From Callorhinchus milii (taxonomy: Eukaryota): DNA of 64,000 bases. Positions 35,282-48,075 of the stretch are shown here, piece after piece. A program made the position numbers and the translations under genes. The first letter of the stretch is position 1. Each line of letters starts with the position of its first letter. The stretch covers positions 32,738,001-32,802,000 of the forward strand of contig NW_024704743.1 of NCBI RefSeq assembly GCF_018977255.1. Reading direction: 5' to 3'. A model generated the notes under the pieces. That model made no database searches. It saw only the letters and a program-made list of their open reading frames with translations, and was not told the origin of the DNA.

Positions 35282-35610
35282 GTGGAGTCCTGTAGCTCAG
35301 TGGTTAGAGCACTCACTTTGCAAGCAAGAGACCTGAGTTCAATTCCAGGCAGGTCAGGGCGAAACCTTGGGCAAGTTTCCTTACTCCACACACAGCCCTA
35401 ATAATAATCCCTTCAAAAACCAAAAAAACAATAATAAATTGGTCATTTTCAATCTACGACTGTTTGTGGGACATTGCTGTGCGCAATTGGCTGCCGCGTT
35501 CGCCCACAAATATACAGTCAATTATCTTTACAGTGTGTTCTGTGAAGCGCTTTGGGACGTCCTCCCGACGTGAAAAGCGCTATATCAAATGCAAGGATTA
35601 TTATTATTAT
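35282..35610 (+). mobile_element. Full-length young SINE nested inside an older Deu-domain SINE (~35190-35860)
   Basis: Near-identical to 3439-3772. The flanks cctttggatgagatgttaaact | ctgcctgttcaggtgg are nearly contiguous in older elements at 19443-19490 and 55334-55381. Confidence 0.88.
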
Positions 35611-37370
35611 CTGCCTGTTCAGGTGGAGGTTATAGAATCCATGGAAAGATAATTGAGTTTATCCCAGTGTCCTGGCCAACATCTTCCAATTAAATTGGTC
35701 ATTCACCACCTGGCTGTTTGTGGGACATTACTGGGCACAAAATGACTGCTGCATTCACTTAGAAATAGTCAATACACTTGAGATGAAATTAATCACAAAA
35801 TTGTAAATACCATAAAGCTCTGAGGCATTTTGAGGTGATAAGGCACTACAAGGATTGTTTACCAAGCTTGCTATTGCTATCTTGAAATTGTTTAAATTAA
35901 ATATGTTCTGCTACAATATTGTCAGATTGGGTGGGGAAAATAATAGGGTGTTTGTGTACTTTTTAAAAAAAAGACTTGTTTGTATAACATGATGAATATT
36001 ACATGGAGTTATCTGGGGTTGGTGGTGACCTAGGCTGAATGAATATAATTAAGTTTCATTATCTTTTATTAAGTGAGATTGAAAGAATGAAACAATATTT
36101 TTCCCTTAAGATAAATAACACTTGAGATGAAGTCTATGATGCAGAGAGATTTTTGACGGCATTAGAGGGAGTCTTCTGGAATTTATGGCCCAAATAGTGG
36201 TCTCTCGTTACGTTTTATTATGTTCTTATGAATCTGAGATGATTACTAATTCTAGAATTCTGTGTCTAAAATGGATCAACCTAAATTAAGTATGTTTTGG
36301 TTTGACTAACCCTAATGGAGTGCAGATTATATTATATGATTTACATTCCTATAGCACATTTCAGGTCAGGAGGACTTCCCAAAGCACTTCACAGTCCTGG
36401 ATGGGCACTCAAATTGGAGGGTGGGAGCTGAGCATTTGGGGAGGGGAAAGATGACTAAAAGTGCAGTCAAGGGGAGATGTGTTTGAGACGTTTCTTGAAA
36501 GAGGGGAGGGAATAAGTTGGAGGGACTCTGTGATTGAATTCCATAGAACGGGGCGGATTGGCTGAAAGCCTCTCAGTGATTGAGGGTGCAAGTGCACGGC
36601 ATGTGGCAGGCCCGTGCTCTGTGGCTTAGGCAATAGGGTTGAAGGAGATGGTAAAGGTAGATAGGATAGGGCAAAGTTGTGGAAGGAATTAAAGGTGAGA
36701 ACAAAGATCTTATTACTGAGAAATGCAAAAGGATTGTGTTCATTTAACACACGTGATTGTGTTGGCGATGGAACTGTTCACTTCTGACAGCTTTTTCCGC
36801 CTCAAACAGAATGAATTTGCTCTCTTCACTGCCATAGCAACATACTTTAAAATCAACATTGGAAAGCAATTTCTGCTGTTCAATGTAAACATTTCTATTT
36901 CCCATGAAGTCATTTTTGTAAGTTTGTCAAAGATGGGTAGTTTTGTGCTGTATGAACCAGGTCATTATTATTCACTTCAGATAAAACAACAGTACTTTAA
37001 CCTATTCCAGTCTGGTCCAACTGGTGGCCCATGGGCCGCATGCGGCCCACAAACCATTTCCAACTTCGTTGTCTGACGAGCAAATGCAAGTAACACTTAG
37101 GCCCCGAGCCAATCAAGAGAGGGTCACCAAGGGCTCAAGCTCTGCATGGCAATGGGACTGGCCAATCAGAATAAAATATTGCTTATGCAGCCCATGGACG
37201 TTTCCAAAATATGGCATCTGGTCCTAAGCAGCCAAAAGGTTGGACCACCCTGACCTATTCCATCGCGCATAGGTTTCTTCTGTATGTTGACTAATATGTC
37301 TTCATATATAGATGCATATGATCTCTGGTTTGTTTACATGATTTTCTCTGTTTGCTAAGGAATAAGGAAC

Positions 37371-37478
37371 ATGTATCAGCTTCCTGTAACCAAGCTGGAC
37401 ACCATCAGAAAATCACGAAAGAAAGTGAAGGGGATTTTATCAGATATTGGTCTGGATTGTTGTGAAGAATTTTTGGAG
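37371..37478 (+). CDS. ADNP2: ADNP2 copy B coding exon 1 (exon starts 37360; ATG 37371)
   Basis: [36 protein letters not shown], 108 bp, donor GAG|GTACAG. Cf. remembered human ADNP2 [36 protein letters not shown]. Confidence 0.95.
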
Positions 37479-38480
37479 GTACAGTACACCTGAAAAAGTA
37501 AAGGAACAAGAATATTATTTTCATAGATGATTTTCTTAAGGCAAATTATGAATAAGTAGTTGAAGAAGCTGGAATTAATATTTTTAGATATCACTATTTT
37601 TGTTAACTTGTTGGGTGAATGTTATTTTAGTCCATTCTGGTTGCACCCACTGAAAGGGTAGGCAGGTGACTGGAATTGGACATCATGATATCAGCTGGTT
37701 GAGAACATTAATATGAGATTGTTTGCTGAATCCCCTGTTCGTCGTTTTCCTTATTTAGCCTAATGCTCGTATTCTTGTTTGTGCGTAATAAAAAGAGAAA
37801 ATTGCTATAAAACGAGTGCATTTTAATTTGCGTATGTTGGCAGTGGATGATGTGTTACAGGAATGCGTCAAGCTGGTCCTTTAAGAGATAAGAGAAAAGA
37901 CATATAAAATGGTTTGTTAACAAAATATTAATACCTAAAAAAAATTTCAGCTTCTATTCGTTCAACTATTTATTCTTAAGAAATTCAACTATGAAAATAA
38001 ATAACTAATTAAATCTCTGCATGTCAATTTTTTTCAAAAAAAGACTTGATCAGTTTTGGCTCAGAAATTGTTAACTGGACAACGTTAGTGGATGCATTAT
38101 AAGAACTGTTGGAATACTCTCAATGGTCATAAGATGTAGTCAGCATGACTTTAAAAGCAATTAGTCATACTTCATGAATCTGTATGCTATTGAACTGGTG
38201 GGTGAGAGCTTTTCAATGAATTACGTTGGATTTTTTAAAGTTCCAAAGTAAGAAGGTTAAAGATCATTGAAATAATAGCGTACTTGATTTGAATAGAATA
38301 TTGAATAAAATATCAAATATTTACATTTGATCGAACACTGGTTATCTGATGGATGATAAATAGAAAAAGATCAGCATGGGGGAATGTGCTGGTGAAAGTC
38401 TGAGGGTCTGTTCTGGATACCATTTCATAAATTGATATCATATCATAAATTGCTCAGTAGAGAGAATTTATACAACAACT

Positions 38481-39255
38481 TCATAGAATCATTGAATCAT
38501 ATTGCCATTCAGCCCATGGTGCCTGTGCCGCCTCTTTGAAAGAGCTACCAACTAGTCCCAATCCCTTGCTCTTACTCTGTAGCCCTGCAAATATTTCTTT
38601 TTTCGATTAACTATACAATTCCTTTTTGAAAGCCATCATTGAATCTGCTTCCACCAACCTTTCAGGCAGTGCATTCCAGACCACAACAAATTTCTGGGTA
38701 AACCATTTTTCCCTCTGGTTCTTTTGCCAATTATCTTAAATCTGTGTCGCCTGGTTACCGACCCACCCGCCAGAGGAAACCATTTCTCCATATCTAGTCT
38801 TTATCAGATGCCTCATAATTTTGAACACCTCTATTAAATCTCCCCTTAACCTTCTCTGCTCTAAGGAGAATAATCACAGCCTCTCTAAATCTCCACATAA
38901 TTGTAATCCCTCATCCCTGGTATAATTCTTGTAAATCTCCTCTGCATTCTCTCCCAAGGCCCTGACACCCTTAAGTATGGTGCCCATAATTGGACCCAGT
39001 ACTCCAGCTGAGTCCTAACCAGTGATTTGTAAAGGTTCAATGTAACTTCCTTGCTTTTATACTCTATGCTTCTATTTATATAGCCAAGGATTCCATATGC
39101 TTTTTTTAACATCTTTGTCAATTTGATCTGCCATCTTCAAAGATTTCTGTATGTGAACACCAGATCTCTCTAATCTGCACCCGCTTTAAAATTGTACCAT
39201 TTATCTTTTACATCCTCTCCTCATTCTTCGCTCCAAAATGCATCACTTCACACTT
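38481..39255 (-). mobile_element. CR1 LINE 3' fragment
   Basis: ILGYINRSIEYKSKEVTLNLYKSLVRTQLEYWVQLWAPY..QRRFTRIIPGMR; reverse-complement (ATTCTATG)n tail at 38481. Confidence 0.88.
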
Positions 39256-39946
39256 TTCAGAAACTTAAAAGAATCCCACAGATCCTATGTTTTCAATTGT
39301 GACTCTATAGCTTAATAATGATCATCTCAAATGGAAATATCGGCTCAGCATATGGAGGCCCCTACAGAGAACGCTCAACAAAACCGAAACAGATTTATCC
39401 ATTATTGCAAAACTAGCTCTGAACTTCTTCAACACAGATATGACTTACAAGGCACTGAGGTTTTCTTTTACTTTCATTAAACAAGTAATCCACTTCCCAC
39501 TTACACTGACATCCTCTATTTTCCATATCTATATTGAGTTTCCTATTGAGACTCATAGTTCTATAGTTTTAGAATTGCAAAATACTCCTGCTGCTGCTAT
39601 GTCTCACCAGGTTGCATGAGGCAGCACGAAATGTGACAAGGAGGATACCTCATGTTCCACCCCTCTTCCTGTCACTCTCCACACTGCCTCATGGAAACTG
39701 ACCAGAAGAGAGGCGCAGCTGGGAGGTAAAACAGTGAAGTCTGAAATGGTTTGTGGGCCCGGCAAAATCATATGCCAGGCTGAGTCATTAAGCAGATGTA
39801 GGTTTGAAATTTGAGATGTACAGAAAACTAGCGATTAAGAAGGAATTATTTTCTCCTGGAAAAAATATGCAGAATATAGATGCACAGAATAAAGCTGGTC
39901 AGGTGACATGATTGCTTCTGTGCTAGCAGGGCCATAGAGAATGTTA

Positions 39947-40160
39947 TAATAATAATCCTCACATTTGATATGGCGCCTTATGACGTCTTTGAGACGTCTC
40001 AAAGCAATTCCCAGAATATGATGTAAAGTGGAGTGACTGTATATTTTGTGGGAGAAATGCGGCAGCCAATTGCAAACAGCAGTGTCCCAAAACAGTTGTG
40101 GATTGAGTGATCAAATTAATATTTATTTATTTTTTGAAGGGATTATTATCCCCGGGAAAA
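39947..40160 (-). mobile_element. SINE 3' fragment
   Basis: Reverse-complement tail and core. Confidence 0.75.
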
Positions 40161-40519
40161 CAATCCGTGAAAATATCTTTCAAATGCCTCATGAGGCTCC
40201 TTTCTAATACTAGCAATATATGTACTTAGTTCTCCTGCTATAGATCATAATCAGCTGTTTGCTTATGAATGATTCATATTCTAAGCTTGCAAGCTGCCTT
40301 TCAGGCAAAATGTAAAATTGGATACATATACAGTGATTCCAAAGGCACAAAATGCTTGGTTCGGTTTATTGTAGTCGAACTATCAATTGCAGTGCTTATT
40401 TATTAAAATGGAAAAAGGTGACTAAGCCTCAGGTGCCAGTGGCTAAGCAATCTGGACAAGTGTAATAGTTGGATCCTGCCGTCTGGCAGGGGTTACATTT
40501 GGGGAGAAACATCATGTCT

Positions 40520-40790
40520 AATGTTTACTTAGCAGTAAGTAGGAATCCGGTTGTTAGTTGATTGGCAGATCACTTTTCCGGCGGTAATAATCCCTCAGAA
40601 AAAGTGCTTCAATAATAATTTGGTCACTCAATCCACAGCTGTTTGTGGGACACTGTTGTGTGCAATTGGCTACCGGGTTTCGACCACAAAATACACAGTC
40701 ATTCTACTTTACAATATATTCTGTGAAGCGCTTTGAGACGTCTCGAAGACGTAATAAGGCCCTATATCAAATGCAAGGATTATTATTACA
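40520..40790 (+). mobile_element. SINE long-variant fragment
   Basis: Internal insert, core and tail. Confidence 0.8.
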
Positions 40791-41117
40791 TAATCAAAGC
40801 ATAGAAAGGATCCTCTGTTCATTCCCTATTAATATGCAAAAAATTTTACGTATAAAGTTTGTAACTCTCAAAGTGCACTGGTTGTGTGTGGAGTGGTTAT
40901 TTGTTAGAAGTGCATCAAACTTAAGTTATGAACTTGTGCTGCTTGTTCTCTGAATTTGAAACCTCTTTGCTTGTACAGACTTTGAAGTAATATGACAGCA
41001 AAGCATGTAGTCAAGATGGAAATTGTCCCTTTGATGTTTTTTTCGAACATTTAACTAGAGCAATGTCATCTTACAAATTTTTGAAGTGCAAAGTTAAACA
41101 TTTCCTATTACTTACAG

Positions 41118-41207
41118 GAATGGAAAAGTACGAATCCAGTAGAATGCAACATGAACATCACATCGTGGACAGATATTTCAGTATGGCAGCCAAGTAAGAA
41201 ATTGGAG
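41118..41207 (+). CDS. ADNP2: ADNP2 copy B coding exon 2 (90 bp, phase 0/0)
   Basis: ttacttacag|GAA..GAG|gtaggc. EWKSTNPVECNMNITSWTDISVWQPSKKLE, cf. remembered human DLKGFDPGEKYFHNTSWGDVSLWEPSGKKV (same length, TSW.D.S.W.PS conserved). Confidence 0.9.
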
Positions 41208-42279
41208 GTAGGCTTTAAGTGTCGGCCTGAGACCTTGTTCAACCTACTTTAGTTATTGTTCTTCCAATAGTATGAGGACTATAAAATCCTGGACCAATGA
41301 CTGCCAAAGCACTGTCCCCTTAAAGACCGATAGTCAAAATTAATATTTTTTGTCTGCTCAAAGATGATTGATTTAAAGAATCTACGTAGTTTCATAATTC
41401 TACTATTTAGCACATGGATTATAAACCAAATACTGAGTTTCTTTTGGGCAAAGAATATGCGTCTTACTAGGTTGCTTGAAGAAGTGTTTCACTTTGTTAT
41501 TACATATTTTCTGGCCGGAGTCTCTCCACTTTGCATTCTGCCTTTTATCCTTCAATATACAGCTTAAGATTTATCTCTTTAACCACGTTTTCAACATCTT
41601 CCCCATACTCAAGCTCCCAGTCAGTTGTGTGAAGCATTTTAAGATGTCTCCCCAGCATGAAAGGCACTTATGTAAATGTTGTGTTATGGTACCAGCATGC
41701 AATTCTATTTTTTGTTGGAAAGTTTGAAAATATACTGGTGGGTGGGGGAAAGAAAGAAGGAGAGGAGATTTTTATCTTTTTGAGGTACACTGACGGGGCT
41801 AAAAACAATAATGGCCACAGATGGTATCAAGGATACCCTGTTATTTGTTATACTTTGCCTTCTAAAATAATGTCTGTTTTCTGTAGAAAGCCTGTGTATA
41901 TGATTTTGTGTTGAAAATAAGCCGCTTTCTTCAAGCGCGAAATAAATTTTAAAAAAAGTATCGCCTTGGCAACACACAGTCTGCGACCTAGGTGGTCATT
42001 GATACATAAAGGAGGAAAAAGGGTCACAGGGATGGGGGAAAGGTGGGGGGAAACCCAGTGCTACATTTTATGGGAATACTGAAATTTGGCAGGGAATATA
42101 TCTGTAAAAGAGCTGGAGCTAATGCTCTAAAAGGAGAGGGTTTGTTAGATTCGGGGTCGCATTTTGCCTTAGTGTCATCTCTGTTTCCTCAAGGCACAAG
42201 TGCGAGCTGCCGAACGTGCCTGGACCAACTCCAAACTAATGGTCCATCGGCAGATCTGTCTTCACCACACCCAAGACCT

Positions 42280-42860
42280 ACCGCTGACCCCTCAGGCCGC
42301 TGAAACTCTTGTTCATGCCTTCTTCATCTCTAGGCTTGACTATGCAAACATCATATGCTTGTTGGCCTTCCCAACTCCTCCCTCCACAGGCTGCAGATAA
42401 TCCAGAACTCTGCAGCCCGTATCCTCTCCCGCACCAAACTCCGTGACCCCATCTCCCCCATTCTCACCCGACTCCATTGGTTCCCTATCCTTCAGAGGAT
42501 CCAGTTCAAAATCCTGTTCCTCACCTACAAAGCACCCCACCCTATCTATGTGACCTCCTAACACCCTAACAACCCGCCCGCTCCCTCTGCTCAGCCGGCT
42601 CTGGCCTGCTTCACGTCCCCCGACACACCCGCCCCACCTTTTCTGGAACTCCATTCCCCAATCACTCTGCCTCGCTCCCTCCATGGCCTCCTTCAAGTCC
42701 CGCCTCAAAACCATCCACTTCGACCATGCCATCGGTTACCCCCCTCCCCTCCTTTTCCTCCCCTGACCCCAGTTCGGGTCTGAAATGCTGTACACTGTCT
42801 AACGCCCTGGGACGTCCTCCCGACGTGAAAGGTGCTATACAAATGTAATCTTGTTGGCGT
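42280..42860 (+). mobile_element. L2 LINE 3' fragment
   Basis: LTPQAAETLVHAFFISRLDYAN..LQIIQNSAARILSRTKLRDPISPILTRLHW; tail. Confidence 0.88.
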
Positions 42861-44889
42861 TGTGTGTCATCAAGAAGGAGTTGGGAGGCGTTCCTCCAGG
42901 TCATGATTTTTTTTAGTTTACTAACTTGAGATGAAGCTGCTAGTGTTGTGTGTGTGTGTATATTATTTATATATATATATATATATATATAGTTAAGGTG
43001 TCAGGGTTTTTCTATTTCTTAATGTTGCGACCGTTAATATATTATTGGATAGTATTTGTCAAGCTTAAGGCTGTTAGAGCCAATAAAACACCATTGTGTT
43101 TTCTTGAAAGTGCTTCTCGAGTCTCTGTTAAATTCAAGTATGTGAAGGAGACACACGCATTACAGGTTAAAGTCTGTTAGTGCAAAGGATACTGACTGAA
43201 ACATCCCATTGTTGAGCTATAATGCATTGGGATAATCTGTAGTGTTAATTCTCATGTAGTGAAATTTCACATAGCGCAGGAACTTGCATGTCAGAAGGAT
43301 CTACACAGAGACTTACATATCGCGGGTATTGTCACGGTCACCCGTTTTGCTTTCTATAATAATAATAATAATAATCCTTGCATTTGATATAGCGCTTTTC
43401 ACGTCTTCTAGACGTCCCAAAGCGCTTCACAGAATATACTGTAAAGTGAATTGAGTGTATATTTGTGGGCGAATGCGGCAGCCAATTGCGCACAGCAATG
43501 TCCCACAAACAGTCATGCCGGTCTGCTGTTTAAATATATTGAGTACTGCTTTAAATACACTTTTTATGCATTTAGCGTTTTTGATACTTATGGTGCCATC
43601 AAACCTGACCCTAGCGTTGATTGCAACAATTTGGAGGGTAACTTAGCATTCCAATATGCAAAAGAAGGATTGGACGTGTACTTGTCCTTTATTGGGCAGC
43701 TGAGGGGAGGATCTTATGGGACCATAAAAAAGGCACCAATTACTTCAAGTAATTGGTGCAATACAATTACCATTGGGTACCCTAATTTGGGGAGGGGCTC
43801 AATGCCCATAAAAGAACGAGTGCCATGTGCTCATGGTCACCATTTTTCTATCTGAAGACGGCAAAGGTTTGTGCTCTGACTATTAATTAGTAGCCAGAGG
43901 TTGGTTTTTCGTGCACTTTTACATTAACTTCGTTACAAGTGGCTGCTTGTGTGTAGTTTAAGTGTGATTAATGTTTGTTATCTCATAGTTGTATTTGTTG
44001 ATATTTATTGTGTCGTTTAAGATTTAATACCAAGGGTTGTGGATTTCACCCAAGTTATAATAAAATTCCGTTGAGCTACTTAACAGTGTTTAACTTGAGT
44101 TTTCTATGTAAATCAAAGAAGGAGGGAATACACAAACAGGTTCAGCCTAGGTCACAGTGGTGTAAAATAAACCTCTAACTGACTGTAGCTTCCGAATTTG
44201 CATGAACTTGAATTGCAATTGGTAGCACTTGTCGTCATGGAAAAACTCATTAGTCAAGTTACACCTAGTTATAGGGACTTGCATTCATTAGTGAGGATTG
44301 AAGACAGGCCACCCGGTACACTGCGAGGGACAGCGAGCCATATCGTGGGTGGACATATAAGTGTGATAGAACCGACTCAGTATACATTTAGGAGTGAAAA
44401 CTGTCGCAGTGATTACTGATTAAAGGTGGTTTACTAAAGAAAATCAGTTGGGACTGTTCCAGGGTGTTGTTGACAGAAGGTGGTTGTTTAATAGGATTGG
44501 TTACTTTAACAGGTTTGGCTAAATTTGTAAGATGGAATGTGTTGCGACAAGTAAGTGAAAACAGGATCATAGTGGAATGAGATAATGTCATAAACTGCAA
44601 GATTGAGTGGTTTCTCTATGCCATCTCAGCTCGAGGGATTGAAATATTTTGTAGATGAATATCCTATGTACATAAGAGCCTTGAATTTTATCAAAATGTA
44701 TTGTCCATTCTGAGGAATTCATTTTTTCATTGGGTGTCCACCCAAGAAAGTCTAGTCTGTTCTGTGCATCGTATGAGTTGGTTTATTCTATTTTGAGCAG
44801 TATTTTGTGACAGATGGCGGACTCCTTAGTTTGAGTATGTGACACGTGCTGCACTGATCCTATTTCATCCCACTGTTATAAGGATAGCA

Positions 44890-45435
44890 TAAATTCTTGC
44901 ATTTGATATAGCACCTTAGGAAGATGTCTCACAGTGTTTGACAGGATTTACTGCAAAGTACAGTGACTATTTTGTAAATTAATATAATAATATTCCTTGC
45001 ATTTGATATAGCGCCTTATCACAGCTTCGAGACGACTAAAAGCTCTTCATAGAATATATTGTGAAATAAATTGATTATATCTTATGGGTGAAAAACGGCA
45101 GCCAATTGCGCCCCACAGTATCCCACAAACAGCTGTGGATTGAGTGATGCAAGTGAGAGGACCTTGGTTCGATTCCCAGGCAGGGTGAAAAGTTGGGCAA
45201 GTTTGCTTACTCCACATGCCTCTTCACCTAGCAGTAAGTAGGAACCTGGTTGTTAGTTGATTGGCAGATCGCTTTTCCAGGGTAATAATCCCTTCCAACA
45301 AAATTAAATAAATAATAATAATAATTTGGTCACTCAAAATATACAGTCACTTATCTTTACAGTGTATTCTGTGAAGCGCTTTGAAACATCTCAAAGACGT
45401 GATAATGCGCTATATCAAATGCAAGGATTATTATT
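44890..45435. mobile_element. Cluster of SINE fragments: minus-strand tails/core 44890-45145 and plus-strand long variant 45148-45435
   Basis: SINE core, tail and B-box matches. Confidence 0.75.
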
Positions 45436-45629
45436 GGTCTGGAATGGATTGAGTACTCTCTTCCATTGAAGGGATGTGTTCTGCTCACCTGATTCTGCAA
45501 AGTATTGGATACAGGTTGGCAACATCCAGGTCTTGGTAATTCCAAAGTGTGTGTTGGTATATTGCTGGAATTTAACAAGCTTAAACTGTGCAGCTTGCCA
45601 TTGTAAACGCTAACTGACGACATTAATTA

Positions 45630-46937
45630 AGGATGTCGTAGTGGGATACTTACAGGATCACAATATGATGAGACAGAGTCAACAGGGCTTTACAAAAGGG
45701 AAGTCAGGCTTAACAAATCTTTCAGATTTTTTTGAGGACATATCAATTAGATTAGATAGGGGGGAATCAGTGGATGTAGTGAATTTACATTTCGAAAAGG
45801 CATTCGATAAGGTGCCGCATAAAAGGTTCATTCACAAGATTAGGGCCCATGGAATTAAGGGCAATATATTAGCATGAATTGAAGAATGGCTAACGGGAAG
45901 AAAACAAAGAGTAGGGATAAACGGGTCCTTCTCAGATTGATGGGATATCGCTAGTGGAGTGCCACAAGGATCAGTGCTTGGGCCTCAACTATTTACAATC
46001 TACATCAACGATCTAGATGAGGACATCGAACTTAATATATCCAAATTCGCGGATGACACTAAACTAGGAGGGAGAGTAAACACAGAGGATGACATTAAAA
46101 AATGCAACGAGATATAGATAGGCTAGGTGAGTGGGCAAATAGGTGGCAGATGGAATATAATGTAGGGGAGTGTGAAGTCATCCACCTAGGTGGCAAAAAC
46201 AGTAGAAGATTATTTTTTAGAAGGGGGGAGACTAGATAGTGTTAGCATTCAGAGGGACTTGGGTGTCCTTGTACACCAGTCACAAAACGTTAGTTTGCAG
46301 GTACAGCAAGCAATTAGGAAGTCTAACGGTATGTTGGCATTTGTTACAAAAGGAGTAGAATATAAGAGTAGGGAAGTATTGTTACAACTGTAGAGGGCCC
46401 TGGTGAGACTGCATCTAGAATATTGTGTGCCGTTTTGGTGTCCTTATTTAAGAAAGGATGTACTCGCCTTGGAGGGGGTACAACATAGATTCACTAGGTC
46501 GGTACCAGGGATGAGGGGCGCGAGTTATGAGGATAGGTTGAGCAACTTAGGTCTATATTCTCTAGAATACAGAAGAATGAGAATAGAAACCTATAAGATT
46601 ATTAAGGATAGTGGGAGACTTTTTCCCCTGGTTGGAAAAACTATAACCAGGGGTCACAGTCTTAAAATTAGGGGTAAGCCCTTTCGCACTGAGTTGAGGA
46701 AAAATTTCTTCACTCATAGGGTAGTGAATTTATGGAATTCTCTACGCCAAAGGACTGTAGATGCTCAGTCCTTGAACATATTGAGATTGATAGATTTCTT
46801 GTGAATAAAGGGATTAAGGGATATGGGGATAAGGCAGGTTGGTGGAGTTAGAATAGATCAGCCATGATCTTATTGAATGGCGGCGCAGGCTAGAGGGGCC
46901 GAATGGCCTACTCCTGCTCCTAATTCTTATGTTCTTG
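45630..46937 (+). mobile_element. CR1 LINE, 5'-truncated, RT region to 3' tail, with stops and frameshifts
   Basis: SQQGFTKGKSGLTNL, FEKAFDKVPH, GVPQGSVLGP, KFADDTKLGG, RLHLEYCVPFWCPY, TRGHSLKI, FFTHRVVNLWNSL; tail ttcttatgttctt. Confidence 0.93.
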
Positions 46938-47199
46938 TTTCCATTAAACTTCTGAATTTAAGTTTGTGAATTTTCTGGGTGTTCAAAAGGACACCCCTCC
47001 CCACCCCCCACCCATCTTCCCACAATTGAATATGCCATTGTCCAATATTCTTTGTGAAAACAGAAAATTTGCAGAATAATAAGCAATTTTGTAATTTATA
47101 AATGTATGACTACTAATTGAAATGAGGATGAGTAACATTGAGGAGGCCATTCAACTCATTAAGCCTAAAATGGTGCAAACTCCCCCCCCCCCCCCCCGT

Positions 47200-47555
47200 A
47201 AAGTCATGCGCCTGTGTATATTTTGTGGGAGAATGTGGCAGCCAATTTGCACATAGCAGTGTCCCACAAACAGCTATGGAGTGAGTGAACAATTTTATTT
47301 GGGGAATTGTTGGCTAGGACACTGGGAGAAACTCCCTGCAATTTTCAAATGGTGCCAAGGGATCTTTAACGTCTACCTGAACAGGCAGATTGCATTCCAA
47401 TTTAATGTCTCATTGAAAGGATGGCACCTCCCACAACTCCCCTATCACAGCACTGGAGTGTCAGCATAAACTATATGGATTCCAAGTGCTGACGAGCCTG
47501 AATCCACAACCTTCTGAGTCAGGCGAGAGTGCTACCAACTGAGGCAGCCTGACTC
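47200..47555 (-). mobile_element. Older Deu-domain tRNA-SINE; related copies at ~10350-10600 (-), 19420-19690, 53895-54272 and 55280-55620
   Basis: Reverse-complement head tgagtcaggctgcctcagttggtagcactctcgcctgactcagaaggttgtgg and Deu-like core gccatcctttcaatgagacattaaa..ctgcctgttcagg. Confidence 0.65.
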
Positions 47556-48075
47556 AAAAATGGGATGGCTTTACTTTGTGTTTTCGGCCCTTGTGGATTA
47601 TGGAAGTTGGGAGGGTTGAACGAATCGTAATGGCTTTGAATCTGTCTGACACCACTGTGGTGTTATTGGTTACTTATTTTTAAACTCCCATGTTTTGGAT
47701 TGGTATAAGCCATGCCCCACAAGTGGTGCATCACATACGCCACTCGTGAATAGTCGTTTTTTAACCAAAGCTGGCAAATGTCTCTAGTGCTTCACCTGGA
47801 GTGTGCTTGAGAAATCATTCCAATGGCTGAGAGCTGTACTCTGTATTGAGGATGACAGTCTTGTAATACTATAGTTGGGAAGCCATGTTCCTCTTATGAT
47901 AAAAGAATGCAGTGCATCTTTCTAACTAAAAAAGCTTAGTCTTTGTACCAACCAGCATTTCTTGTGGAAAAGTGAAGAGGGATAAAGTGTTGTTTTCTCA
48001 GATGTTAAGGTTCAGTGGAACTGTTTTTCTGCAGATATGAACAGTCGGGTAATTCTCTATATTTTTTCTTTGCAG

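Noticed and set aside
48037..48075. ORF-track N-termini MNSRVILYIFSLQ (copy B) and MQ at 12381 (copy A)
   Set aside because: Intronic polypyrimidine tract and acceptor; the exons begin at 48076 and 12387
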